Shown here piece by piece: positions 24,640 through 36,833 of a stretch of DNA of 64,000 nt. Numbering within the stretch: the stretch's first letter is position 1; each line of letters starts with the position of its first letter. Below the pieces are notes generated by a model. That model was given only the letters and a program-made list of their open reading frames with translations, was not told where the DNA came from and made no database searches. Source of the stretch: Isurus oxyrinchus (lineage: Eukaryota). The stretch covers positions 124,001-188,000 of the forward strand of contig JANJGN010000792.1 of the NCBI GenBank assembly GCA_026770705.1, read 5' to 3'. The translations under genes and the position numbers were made by a program.

Positions 24640-26010
24640 ATGAATCGCTAAAAAAGTTTGTATGCCAGTCCAACAAGAGTTAGGAAGACAAAGGCAATGT
24701 TGACGTCTATTGAGGAAGAATGGAATATAAAAGTAGTGAACTTTTACTGCAGCTGTACAGTAGCTTGGTGAGGATACATTTGGAATACTGTGTACAGTTT
24801 TGGCCTCCCTATTTGAAAAAAAATGAATTCGTCATGAAACGATAATATGTTTCATAATATTATTATAGGCTTATATGTGTGTGTGTGTGGTTGGTTCTGC
24901 CTAAGTGACTGAATTAATTGAATCAAAGTCAGATAGACTGTAAGGTTGAACTGATCAAAACTTGTTAGGTGCAAAAATACATTTGCAATGCTAATGAGTA
25001 AACATGAATGAGAGCAGCATGTAGGGTGTGAAATAAATTTGCAATTTAAATTAAGTGCAAAGGTGGTTGCGGTTGAAAGGTATAATAGGGTGTTTGCAAC
25101 TGACAAAATAAATAGGGCAAGATTATTATGCTTATTTTTCCCAAGAGGAGAGAGGCCATATTGACTTAATGAAAGATTTTTATATACCGGGAAAATTAGA
25201 CTTCCAAAGAGCTGTGGAACAATTAAATTTAGAGATTAAAGAGAGAGAAACATATATGAAGATGGATGAAAGACTGGAGAGGGGGTTTGGCATTTTGAGA
25301 TTGAAAGGTGCACCGTGTGAAGCAGTCCTTGTGGCAAAGCTTCCAGCTTCTTTAGCAGAAGTCTGCTCTTTCCAGTAACAGAAATGTTGGGTTACAAGAC
25401 TTTGGGAATCCACTGTCCAGTAGTTCGTGTGCTCAGTTGATTTTTTAGTTGCAAACTTATCTTGGACTGTTGCGTTATAGGGGGAGTGGAGATTGCAACC
25501 TGTTTAATTAAGAATTTTGAGAAATGTTAATTCTAGCTATCGGTGTAACTTTAATCCTTTGTGCGTTTATTTTTTTTTCCTTTTGTTAATAAATGTTTTA
25601 ACTTAATTTCAAATATCTAAATGTGTTATTGGAATCAATTCCTCTGAGTTCATTGTAAAAACCTTCTCGTAGTAAATACAAATTGCCAAAACTGTTGTCA
25701 TAGAGTGGCCATGTTATCTTTGCGTATTTCGCCCAACTGGCACATAACATCAGCCAGGTCATAACAAATGCATAAGAAGCATTTCAGAGAAAGTTCACTC
25801 AATTCATTCCTAGGATGAAGGGTCTATCTTATAATGACAGTTTGGGCCTGCACCCATTGGAGTTTAGAGATCTCATAGGCGATCCCGAGGGGATTCTTTT
25901 GGGTTGAGGCTACAATTGGGGGCACAGTTGAAAAATGAGAGGTCTCCATTTTAAGAGGCGATGTAGGTTTTCTTTTTTCTCCCAGAACAGCGCTCATCTG
26001 TGGAATTCTG
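24640..26010 (+). mobile_element. CR1 3' fragment interrupted by a solo LTR
   Basis: ...catttggaatactgtgtacagttttggcctccc... resumes at 25767 as aatgcataagaagcatttcagagaaagttcact. Confidence 0.75.
24830..25766 (+). mobile_element. Solo LTR (937 bp)
   Basis: Termini cgtcatga...tcataaca (decayed TG...CA inverted ends), near 4-bp TSD aatt/aatg, internal AATAAA at 25588, and it cleanly splits a CR1. Confidence 0.65.
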
Positions 26011-27439
26011 AATTTTACTGTCTCCCTGAAGAATTCCTTTCACCCGCGAGCATAAAATTAAGTGTTTGCATTGTGTGGATATTATGAATGTTGATGACAC
26101 GTGAAAGGTCCTTTCTCACTTGACAACTGTTTGGTTCCACGTGCAGCGGCTCTTCATGGTATAAGCAGAATTGGCCTTCACCGACAAGAATTATCTAAGA
26201 GGTTAGTTTTTCTGAAAAATGTACTTTCTGAACAGGTAGTGGTTGTGAAAGCGCACAAACCTCAGAACTAGGTCACCAGGAAACGGTTCTGATTCTTCAG
26301 GGATCATTGAAAATATAATTGAACCGACCAGAGCTCATGTTGATATCCTTTTGACTTTGTGTGATGTATTTTATGACTCAGCTGGTTACAGCTCTACTGA
26401 AATTTATTCTATTTTCTGTTCATTAATTCGAATGATCTGACTTTTTCAGAATATTTACGTTGAAATACCTCTCAAAGTCCAAGTACAATGAGAACTAGCA
26501 CACAGGTTCACACAGCGCTCCCGAATATTAAACACCCACAATCCGTCTGCAAATATCACAATATTATTCATAAATAAACATACCTCGAAGCAGATGTAAC
26601 CCAGATTGGAGACACACAGCAGCTGTGTTAACAGAGCTATAAAGATGCCAGTTTTTGTTTCTAGAAATGCGTAGAGAATCCATTTACATATTCTAAATAA
26701 AGCCGTATCCCTTGTATCATTTCGATTTGAAAGGCTACCAACTGAAATGGCTACAGGATTCGATACAATGAATGGAAATAATTCCCTCCTTGAACTGTGT
26801 GTCCATGACACAGGGGGGCGAAAGTGAAGAATAGTGAACAGTAGAAGCAGAGCCTGTCAGTAAGAATGTGGGATTTACACAAAGAGCAGATATTGCAGGC
26901 ACCAGGTGATAAACCAGCATAATATTTTCTCAGCGATGCAAAACTAGGAAACATGGAGCAAGGAAGCAAAGTGGAATTGGTCTCCCAGTACAAAATTCAA
27001 TCAGTACTTCTAGATGTCTACGAAAAATATTGTTAAACTCCCAGTTTCGAGCCAGTCAAACCCAAGGCATTGCCCATCGCTGCTATGAAGGGCTTAAACA
27101 ACTCTCGCAAACTGTTTGCAACAAGCAGCTCCCACTGCCTCCTTTGCTGCTCCATTACACACACCCAGCACCGTCTGTGTAAAAACAATCACCACAATCA
27201 CATTGCTTATTCTATACTGAAGGCCGGTGTAATTGTTAATTCATTGATGGGGCGTGGGCGTCATTGGCTAAGCCATCATTCCTTGCCTATCCCTAATTCC
27301 CATAGAGAACCTGGTCACGTATTGACTTCTTCAACCTTAGCAGAGTGGGTACACTAAGAGTCTTGCGAGGGAGGGAGTCCCAGGATGTTGACATCTGCCA
27401 GTTTCTCTTTGTTCTGGGCAGCATTTGCTGCAAAGGACC

Positions 27440-28810
27440 TGAAATAAACGAATAAATGTCAGTATGGAGTCCCTCCCTGAAATAGGATATATTTCCGATA
27501 GATATGATATAACGATGGTTCACCAGACTCTCGCAAAAGCCACGCTCAGCATGGTTTTGTGAAAGGGAAATCACATTTAACAAATTTATTTGATTTTTTT
27601 TGGCAAGAGAAGCATGTTTCTTGGATGAAAGGGAACCTGTAGACATGCTGTACTTGGATTTTGAAAAGGCGTTTGAGAAGGTGCCACATCAAAGGTTATT
27701 GCAGAAAATAAATGCTCATGGTATAGGGGGTAACACATTGGCATGGAGAGAAGGCTGGCTTTCTGTCAGAACCAACGAGTAAGTGTAAATGTGCCTGTGT
27801 CTGATTGGCAGGATGTGATGAGTGGGGTAGCGCAGGGATACATGCTGGAGCCTCAACTTTTTACAATTTACATCAATGGCTTAGATGAGGGGAGTGAAGG
27901 CCTGGAAGCTAAATTTGCGAATGGCACAAAGATAGGTAGGAAAGTTGTGAATAAGACCGAAGCAATTTGCACATGGAAATAGATGGGTTGAGTGAGTGGA
28001 CAAAAATCTGACAGATGGATTATAATGTTGGAAAACATGAAGTTATTCACTTTGCGACGGAGAATTTAAATAAAATCGTTAATTACTTTGAGAACGACTG
28101 TAGAGTTTCCAGGTTCTAGGTGTCTTAGTTCATGAGTCAAAAAAAGTTAGCATGCAGATACAGCAAGTAGTGCAAAAGTCTAACAGAATGCTTTCCTTTA
28201 TTACTAGAGGAATGAATCACCGAAGTAAGTATGCTATGCTTCAATTTTTTGGGGATTGATGACGCCACATCAGTAATACTGTATTGCAGTTTACTTAAGG
28301 TGTGGTGTAAGTGAGCTATCAGCTGTTCAGAGGGGGTTCACTACATTGCTACCTGGAATGAGCGGGTTCTCTTATGAGGATAGTTTGGACAGGCTGGGTT
28401 TGTTTCCATTGTAGTTTAGAAGAGTGAGGGGTGCCTTCATTGATGTATATAAGATTCTAACTGGCCTTGAGGACATGGAAAGGATGCTTCCTCTTGTGGG
28501 TAAGCCAAAACTAGGGTGTACTCTCAAAATTAGATGTGTTCCTTGTATGGCAGAAATTAGGATATTTTTCTCCCTCAGACGGTTATGCAACATTGGAACT
28601 CCCTGCCTCAGAAAGCAGTGGAGGTGGTGTCATTTAATATTTTAAAGATAGAGGTAGATAGATTCTTGTGAAGCAAGGGGTTCAAAGGTTTCGGGGTAGA
28701 TGGGTATGTAGAACTCGAAATACAAACAAATCAACTATGATCTTGGTGAATGGAGGAGCAGCCTCCAGGGGCCAATTGGCCAACTTCTGCTCCTATTTCG
28801 TATGTTCGTA
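27440..28810 (+). mobile_element. CR1 LINE 3' half
   Basis: VDMLYLDFEKAFEKVPHQRLL, SGVAQGYMLEPQLFTIYINGLD, KFANGTKIG; ends in the CR1 tail cctatttcgtatgttcgta. Confidence 0.9.
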
Positions 28811-29439
28811 GCAACTGCAGATATCAGTAATCTGAAGTAAGAATACAAAATTCCTGTTATACTCTGCAAACACGACAGCTTCCTTGGAGAGAATCAATAT
28901 TAATCTTTCAGGTCGGAAAGCCAAAGGTGCTGTCTGACCTGCTGAATAAATCCAGCATTTTCTAAAGGTCGAACTGCACGTGCTGATAATAGAGCTTGAT
29001 CCCTAGATTCATTCCTGGATTCAGGACAGTGATTGAATAAAATGAGGTTATTCTCTTTGGAGTTTAGTATAATTAGTGATAAGTAGAAATTTCTTCATTC
29101 AAATGTTTGTGTAATTTTGAAGCTCCCTACCATACAGGATTGGGATAGTTCAATATATTCAAAGCTGAAATCCATCGATTATTGAATACTGAGGAGATCA
29201 TGGGATATGAGAATGGTCCTGCACCTATTAATCCGTCCGATTGGAAGATTGTTTTTATTAAATGGAAAGGTCAAGGAGAGGGAAACAGAGACAAACAGAC
29301 AGACATTCAAACACTGTGAGGTAGAAAATGAAGGACAGAGATACACCTCGCAATTCTACCGCTTCATTCGTTGAAACTGGCAATGAGAAAGGCTTCCAGG
29401 GAAAGAAAGACCCGTGAGAAAGGCGTTCAGAAGGTAAGA

Positions 29440-30170
29440 CGCACACATAATAATAACACACTTAAAAGTATACAAATTTCAATACCTGGGTGTAAGCGAT
29501 GAAATTATGAACTTTGGGAGGACTATTATGGAAAGTCGCTACATTCTAAGTGCGAGATTTTTGTAAATTATGGATGAGCAGAGGGACATTTGTCTCCATA
29601 CCGCAAGGTTTGCAATGTAGATCGAAAGGCATATTGGTTATTTGGGTTTACACATCTAGAAATAGTGTATTCAAGCATCGGGATCATACTAGACCGTTAG
29701 CAACTGCAGTTCGACTTTAGCAAGGAGCCCTCTGGGTAAGGATGGTCACTGATCTTCAGCAAGTCATGAGAAAGGGTGAAGAGGACGCTCGCAGGGAGGT
29801 TTTCAAGGATGAAATAGTTCACTCATGAGTTGTTGCTGGGGAAGTTTGGGCTGTTGCACTACGGACATTGAAGATTAGAAAATCACCGATTGGTGGTTTT
29901 CCAAATCACCTGAGCTTTGGGGAGGGTAAACAGGAAAATAGTCTCTCTGCTTGTAGGTCAATACATAAGGGCCGTGGATACAAAGTCATTGACCAAGAGA
30001 TATACAGAGGACGTTAGCAGAGACATTTCCACTCAGTTGGTGGGATTTGCAACGCCCCACCTGAAAAGGTGGTACAAGATAATTTAGTGAATAATTTTAG
30101 AAGGAAATTGGAAAGGCTTTTGAAGGAGAGCATCTTACAAAAGCACGATAAACAAGAACTAATCAGAAGC
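29440..30170 (+). mobile_element. Old CR1 LINE 3' fragment
   Basis: Degenerate CR1 3' ORF2 features (gagcagagggacattt..., ggggaagtttgggctgttg...). Confidence 0.55.
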
Positions 30171-30480
30171 ATTAAACAAAAACAATGCACAAAGGTACAG
30201 TACAAATGCATACACACATATGCCCGTGCACACAGTAAGACATTTATAATTCGACGTAAAGTGACTTTGCAGTGTGAGAGAGGGATGAAAAGGTGGTTCT
30301 CATTAATTTAGCTGATATTTTCTGTATTCATGACATGAATTTCGTGAATACACGCAGATGAATAAGAACAAGGAAACCGAATTCTGTTGTTGAAAGATGT
30401 GGGGTATCATCCCACCTAAGATATGATTCTTGTAAAAGGAACTTGGTCAAATTTTGAAACTGAGCAAGTAAAAGAAGCTG

Positions 30481-30562
30481 AGCAGTTGGCAGGATTTGTA
30501 TCTCGGTGAGAATACCCGAATGGATTTCTAGTTCATCGCGTTAACCACTTGGCCACAACTAC
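30481..30562 (-). pseudogene. tRNA-Ser(AGA) pseudogene
   Basis: 82 nt on reverse strand, gtagttgtggccaagtggttaacgcgatgaactAGAaatccatt...aatcctgccaactgc, collinear with vertebrate tRNA-Ser-AGA; T loop mutated. Confidence 0.85.
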
Positions 30563-31589
30563 ATAACTTGGTATCAATAAACCACACTGATCTCCGCCCA
30601 AAACAACGCTCAGAAAGTGACCCTCTTTGGTGTGAGTTTGACTTATTGTGTTGAATATGTGTACTTTATCATTCTGCTGGTTACAGAGATCTGTATTTTC
30701 CTCATTCGGTCTGAATCTGTTTTGATGTGGAAATATTTTTTTCTGCCTGTTTCTTTTCTTTTCCCAATCACTCCTGAATATAGTTACACACAACGCAGGT
30801 ACGCACAAGTGCATTGAGAGATAACACAGTTACACACATAATAATTCAGAACTGGCACACCAAGAGACACGAAATCCATTTTCAAACATTCCAATGTTAC
30901 TTAAAAATATTTATACATTGAGAATCTGCTGTCACCCAATCCGCAACAGGAAATAAAGATTTTGTTGACAGAAACACAAAGAAAATCCATTTATATTCGA
31001 CTATCATTTTCAAGTTTCGATTCATTCTGCAATCTAAATTTGGTAAACTACCAAGAAAAGTGCTTGTGGAGTCAATACAATGGATCGAAAGAATCTGCTT
31101 CCTGAGGCTGTGTGTGTGTATTTGGAACACAAGAGATGGAATGGGAAAACAATGGACAGTAGATGGAGAGCCAATCAGTAAAGGCATGGAGAATAGACAA
31201 GGAACATATCTTTCATGGACCAATTGAGAAATGAGAGTATTTTCCATATGATGAGAAACAAGGGGCTGTAGAAAAGCAAAGGGATTTAATTCTCCAGGTA
31301 CTGGGCTCACAAACACTCAGTGCACATGGACACAAAGAAGTCATTTGAAGACGACAATTTCCAGGCTGTCATATCTGAGTTAACACTCATTACAATCGAT
31401 AATCAGACAACTGTCCTGTATTTGCTGCTGCAATTAGAGTACAAATTAATGCCACTAAAGGAGGCAAAAAAACCAAGAAACAAGTTTTCTCATACAATGT
31501 TTTGAGTTGTAGCCTATTATTTGTGCAGTAGACATCATTGTTCACCTCTTCTGTGGCTTGAAATTGATCAGACATTCTTTATCTTTGAT

Positions 31590-32900
31590 GGCGCTGTACG
31601 ACAGGGGGAATTGAGAATTCTCGGGAAGGTGCAGTTGAGGCAGAAGATCAACCAGAAAGATTGGGAATTGGATGAGAAGCCATGAAATCTATGATACACC
31701 TGCTCCTGTTTCTCATGTTCTTACAGGCATTACTCAGAGGAACTACCAAGAGTGTGTTGGCCTTGGAGTTGGAACAGTGCTGATTGACCAGTGGGATTTC
31801 AGAGTTCAGTCCGTTACTTCAGGAGTTCAGGTTTGATAATTATAGAAAGGTAGAACCGTAGAATGGATAGAGCACAAAACGTTTGTTCCATGTTGTCTGT
31901 GCTGGCTCTCTGAAGGAGAGATTCACCTATTGCCGCCTTGACCCGCACATTTTTTTTTTCCTTTTCAGGGCTAATTCCTGCTTATTTCCTCTTGTGAAAA
32001 GAAGAATGAAGGTTGATCTGATCGAAGTTTCCATTCCATTTAAACCACAAGTTAGGTTAAAAGGAGAGAAACTGCTTTCCACGGTGGTAGGTGTGGGGTG
32101 AAATGAGGTCATACTTTTGTCACTAATTCCCTGCGATGGTGTCTAGGCCAACCAAGAGGAAAATGAAGATGCTCTTTTCATATTTAGGGCAGTTAGAAAT
32201 CGAGAAATAATTCTTAGAAGTTGATCGAATCCACTATAATTTCCAGAAGGAAGTATTTATTTGCAATGAAGAACTAAATGTCTCTTCTGCTGTCTTGAAG
32301 AATTCTGCATCCCTTACCCTTTTCCTCCCAGTAGCCTCACGGCGGGGGTGGGGGGTAGGGGCGCAGAGGGGGAAATCACGTGCAGTCAGAAGGCAGCGTT
32401 TGGACCGAGACTCGAACCACAGAGCCGCAGATTCTATGTTTTACTGTTTGAGATATCCAGCTGGATCACACATGCTTATCACAGATGCCTTGATAATCTG
32501 ACATGAGGCACTGCAACCATATTTTGCTTGCATTCCCATGCTTGGTAATTCTCCCTATTCAGCGCCTTTCCCTCACAAGCAGACCAGCAGCCTCCATTTG
32601 GCTTCATTTCACCAATCTCCAAATTGACACCGACTACTCGCTCCTCACTCGAGGCTTGTGATGTGACAACTGTTGTTACACAGCTGTCTGCACTGAACCT
32701 TCAACGTTTTGCAGATTGTGTTTACTGCACCGAAAAGTTAAGTTGAAGAAATTGGAGAGGAAAACCCCAAGCTCACAGAGTTGGATTTTGCGAATGGTTA
32801 AAAAAAATATATATAGTATTTGTTGTGGGAAAGTGAGATATTGACACTATTAAAGCAAGAAAGCTCGTTGGGAATAATGTTCTAAATTCTGAGACTCATA
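31590..32900. repeat. Partial additional copy of the segmental unit (matches ~20970-22280)
   Basis: Shared blocks such as ccttggagt..ccagtgggatt.cagagttcagt and ttccctcaca..cagacc.gcagcctccatttgg. Confidence 0.8.
32397..32462 (-). pseudogene. Highly degenerate tRNA-Lys relic (paralogue of 21799-21859)
   Basis: Same position in the duplicated block; retains ggttcgagtc B box; anticodon arm shortened. Confidence 0.55.
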
Positions 32901-33029
32901 AAAATCCCAATGCCTTCCTAAAAAAATATTTACTTCTGAAAGTGCTGGCGGGGGGCGAGGGTTGGGAGGGGTGGGAGGTGCGGGTGTGCTGCGGGTGCTG
33001 TGCTGTGGTGGCGGTATGTAGCTGGGCTA

Positions 33030-33925
33030 TCGCATTTCTTGATTGATCTCAATAACCGAATACTGGATGTGCAAGGCATAGTTTCAGAATTTGAGTATGG
33101 TGCAAGACTTGGAAGTATTGTGAACTTTGTGGTGATAATGATGGTCTTCAGGAGGATATAGATAGGCTGGTGGGATGGGAAGACTCGGAGTAGGTGTATT
33201 TTAATGTGCAGGAGTGCGAAGTGATACATTTTGCTGAAATGAACGAGGAGGGGTGACATAAAATGAAGGGCATAAATCTAAATTAATGCAGGAGCAGAAG
33301 GACCTGGATGTGTATCTGCAAAAATCATTGAAGCTGTCAGGGCAGCTTGAGAAAGCAGCTATAGGCCCCGAATACTGGATTTATTAATCAGGGCAGAGTA
33401 CCAAAGGAACTAAGTTGTCAACATTCATAAAATACTGGTTCAACTTAAAAGAAGGTTTTGCAAAGGATTCAGAAAAGATTTACGAGAATGAATCCGAGGA
33501 TGGTAGAGTTCAGATATGTGGATAGATGGGTGAAGCTGGGGCTGTTCTTCTGGGAGAAGAGAAGTTTGAGGGGAGATTTTTTAGACGTACTCAAAATCAT
33601 GAGGGATGTAGATAGTTAACATGGTGAAATTGCTCCCATCGGCGGGAGGTTGAGAAGCCTAAACTGATTTCAAAAATTACCAGAGGCGACATGAAGATAA
33701 ACTTCTTTATGCAACAAGTGATATGGTGTGGAAGCTACTGGCTGAGTGTGTGGTGGAGGCAGATTCAATTGCAGTAGATAATTATCTGAAAACATAATAT
33801 TTTCAGGGCCACATGGAAAAAAGCGAAGGAATGGGACTGGCTGAGTTGCTGTTGCAGAGAACCGGCAGGCAGACACTGTGCTGAATGGCCTCCTTCTGTC
33901 CTATGACCACCATATAAATCTATGG
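33030..33925 (+). mobile_element. CR1 LINE 3' fragment
   Basis: tttaatgtgcaggagtgcgaagtgatacattttg..., ending gctgaatggcctccttctgtcc. Confidence 0.8.
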
Positions 33926-36758
33926 GTAACTTTGCTTTAATGCCCTGTTACCCAAACTACGCAATAACTGGGGACAAAATAACTGATTGCACTACACCTA
34001 AGAAACAGGACAATGGAAGACAGGCACACTCCGAGGGATTAGCACACATTTTATGTATAAAGTGCATCCAAATCATTTATTTCAGATTATTTATACACAA
34101 CAAATAGGGAATAATTTGCTTTATAGATGCACACAATGTAAGACATGACTAGAAGTTTCCCGCAACACCAGCTTCCCCACGTAGCCCTGTCATCCTCCCC
34201 CAGCAATCTAGAAACCTAATCGTGATGGTAAGTAATTCCTCAGCGTGATTTTTGGACAATCAAACTTGCGGCACACTCCCCACAAAGACGAAATAAATCT
34301 GCCAGTTCTGACCAAGCCCATCGACCTAAAAACGTTAACTTTGTTGTCTCTCATCACAGAAGCTGCCAGACCCACGGAGTATTCCCAGGATTCTGTTTCT
34401 TTTTAACCTGTAAGGACAGTTGCGGCCAGTCTTTTCCTGTATGTTTCTGAGGGATGAAGAATTCTCCCGCTCCGCCGCCACACCGCACCCCACCAACCCC
34501 CTCTCTTTTTTGATCGGTTTACAGAACAAACCATGGGAGGCGTGAAATAGCAGTTTTCTTACTTTGCTGAGGCCTGTTTTGCAAGCAATGACAATTATCC
34601 AAGATGGGCTCTCTGTTGACGAGCTCCGTGCGTCACTACAGGGTTGACAATGAAAATTATATTGACGCAGAAATTGATACAAGCATCGCCTCTGATGTTG
34701 TAAAGCCAGTAACAAGTGCGGCAAACACAACTTAAATACGGTTGACACTCGCCACTCACAATGGCTTTGAATTATAGCAGGTGGAATGAAGAAACAACAG
34801 TTAAATGAAATAATTAGTGATCGCTCGCTTCTGAAACACAAGGAGCCTTTTCACCTGGTTGCAAGATGTGGAGAGCAGAGTCCTTGAATTAACCGCTGTC
34901 ACATGCCACAAATGGCTGCTTCACAACAAACTAAACACGTGTTACGTAATTGGTGTATGAGTGAGAAACATGTGGGGTTTGTTCTCCTACCCGCTATATA
35001 TTGGATAACTGATAGCTATTGGCAGATAGGTGCAGCTGTCCCTTGCATCTGCTCTTAGTTCAATAGCTACATTTATCCGCTCTCTTTAAAGCGACTATTG
35101 TCGTTCGTAAATCCATTGTGCTTAAGTGAATTATTACTGTTTTGTTCACTGTCGATTGGTGTGATACACAAGCGGTGTCTCGCCAATTGGAAGCAGTTAT
35201 ATTCTCCATGGGTTGACGTGCTGTTTCATTTTGTGGCTCCGCTTTGTGTGTGCGGTGTAAACGTCAATATCAACTGTGCATATTCAAGGATAAAAACATT
35301 CCTCCTGCATTAAATTTGAGCTAATAATACATTGCTCTGATCTATCAACATTTTTTCAGTGACATGTCATGCTACCCTTTCATTCTCCAAGCGCAGTTAC
35401 AACCTAGATGTATCTGAGAATGGTCCTTATTCCTATTTTAGTTATGCCCAAGAGTACGTGTGTCATGATACTTAACCAAAGCATTAAAAATGTTCCAAGT
35501 GTGAAATAGAGGATTGTCAGAAGCTCGCTTTCATATAATAGGGGCTTTCCCATTTTATCCAGAGTATGGATTAAAATATAACTTCATTAATTACGGCGAT
35601 GCGGAATTTTACCTTATAATCGGGCGCACTGATTCAGGGAGGAAATAAAATAAAACAAGAAAAAGACTTGGAGGCACTGGATCACCTCCAGCAATGTTTG
35701 AGTGATTTCATCACGAATAACATAGCGTAGGGGCCTCAAAAATAACGTTAGAGTAGGGTTACAGTTCGAAATACTGTAATGATTCTCTGCACGGTCACAA
35801 CTATTAATGCTCGAGTAGGGTCTTCCTCAGTAATACTAAATTCACCGTAAGAAAAGCTACGGCAACCTCACCAACAGTAATGTTAGTCAAAGGAAATCAC
35901 GAGTAAGAGTTGAGCAGCAGCCTGTCCTGTAACCCGACAGCTGGGTTACCACCACTGATGTTATGCCAATATCACCATCAACACTAGAATAGAGTCACCG
36001 TGAAAATTCTGGAATAGGATGAAAAACAATAATCCAAAAACAAAATACAGCGATGCTGGAAACCTGAATTTGAAAAAGTCAATGCTGACCGTTACCTGAA
36101 ATATTAACTCTGATTGACTCTCCACTGATGCTGCAGGATCTGCTGAGCATTCCCAGCATTTTCTGCTCGTATTTCCCAACTAATAATGTTGGAGCAGGGC
36201 ATCCCGATGTTTGAGTGGAGTTTGCATTGCTAATGATAGATTAAAGTCAGCACGGATTATTTTCCAATTTGTTTCCCACTATTAATGTTAGAGTTTATAA
36301 TGAGTAGTAGCTGACTGATAGCAACAGCATAAATATACGGACATCGCCAGTATTCTTAATGTCAGAGCAATATCATCGTCAGCAAAAATAACGCCGATTC
36401 ATCACGAGGTTTCGCCACAGAAGGCAGGAAGTTTAAGTTTAAGAATTACAGTCTATAACACGTTCTGCAATGGATGAGTCACGATCGCAGAAGAATAATA
36501 TGAAGCCCCAGGAATCCAACACTGTCCAGAGGGGTATTCCTTTCCACTTTCAAGGGGAGCATGCGCAGAACACATTCCACCTGGGGTTGCTTCCTGATCA
36601 TTAATTTAAATGACGAAGTTTCTGGAACTGAGCTGGCCAATTTCCCCATTGACGGACCGGGGTCTCTAAGAGGAAAATTACTCGCTTGTTTGTTAAGTGA
36701 CTATAACTAACACGAATTATTGTGTAAGCTGATTTCCTCACCGCGACATGAATTGGCC

Positions 36759-36765
36759 TATAAAG
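36759..36765 (+). promoter_or_regulatory. Candidate TATA box of the second GPR139-like gene
   Basis: tataaag 75 bp upstream of the exon-1 ATG (36834). Confidence 0.45.
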
Positions 36766-36833
36766 GGGAAAACAGTTACGGATCTTTAATGCAATTCAGA
36801 CAACTGAGTGATCCATCGCATTCTTCTACAAAA

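Noticed and set aside
35740-36380. Recurring taatgttagag-like words
   Set aside because: Irregular spacing and high degeneracy; probably a decayed satellite, no period could be defined.
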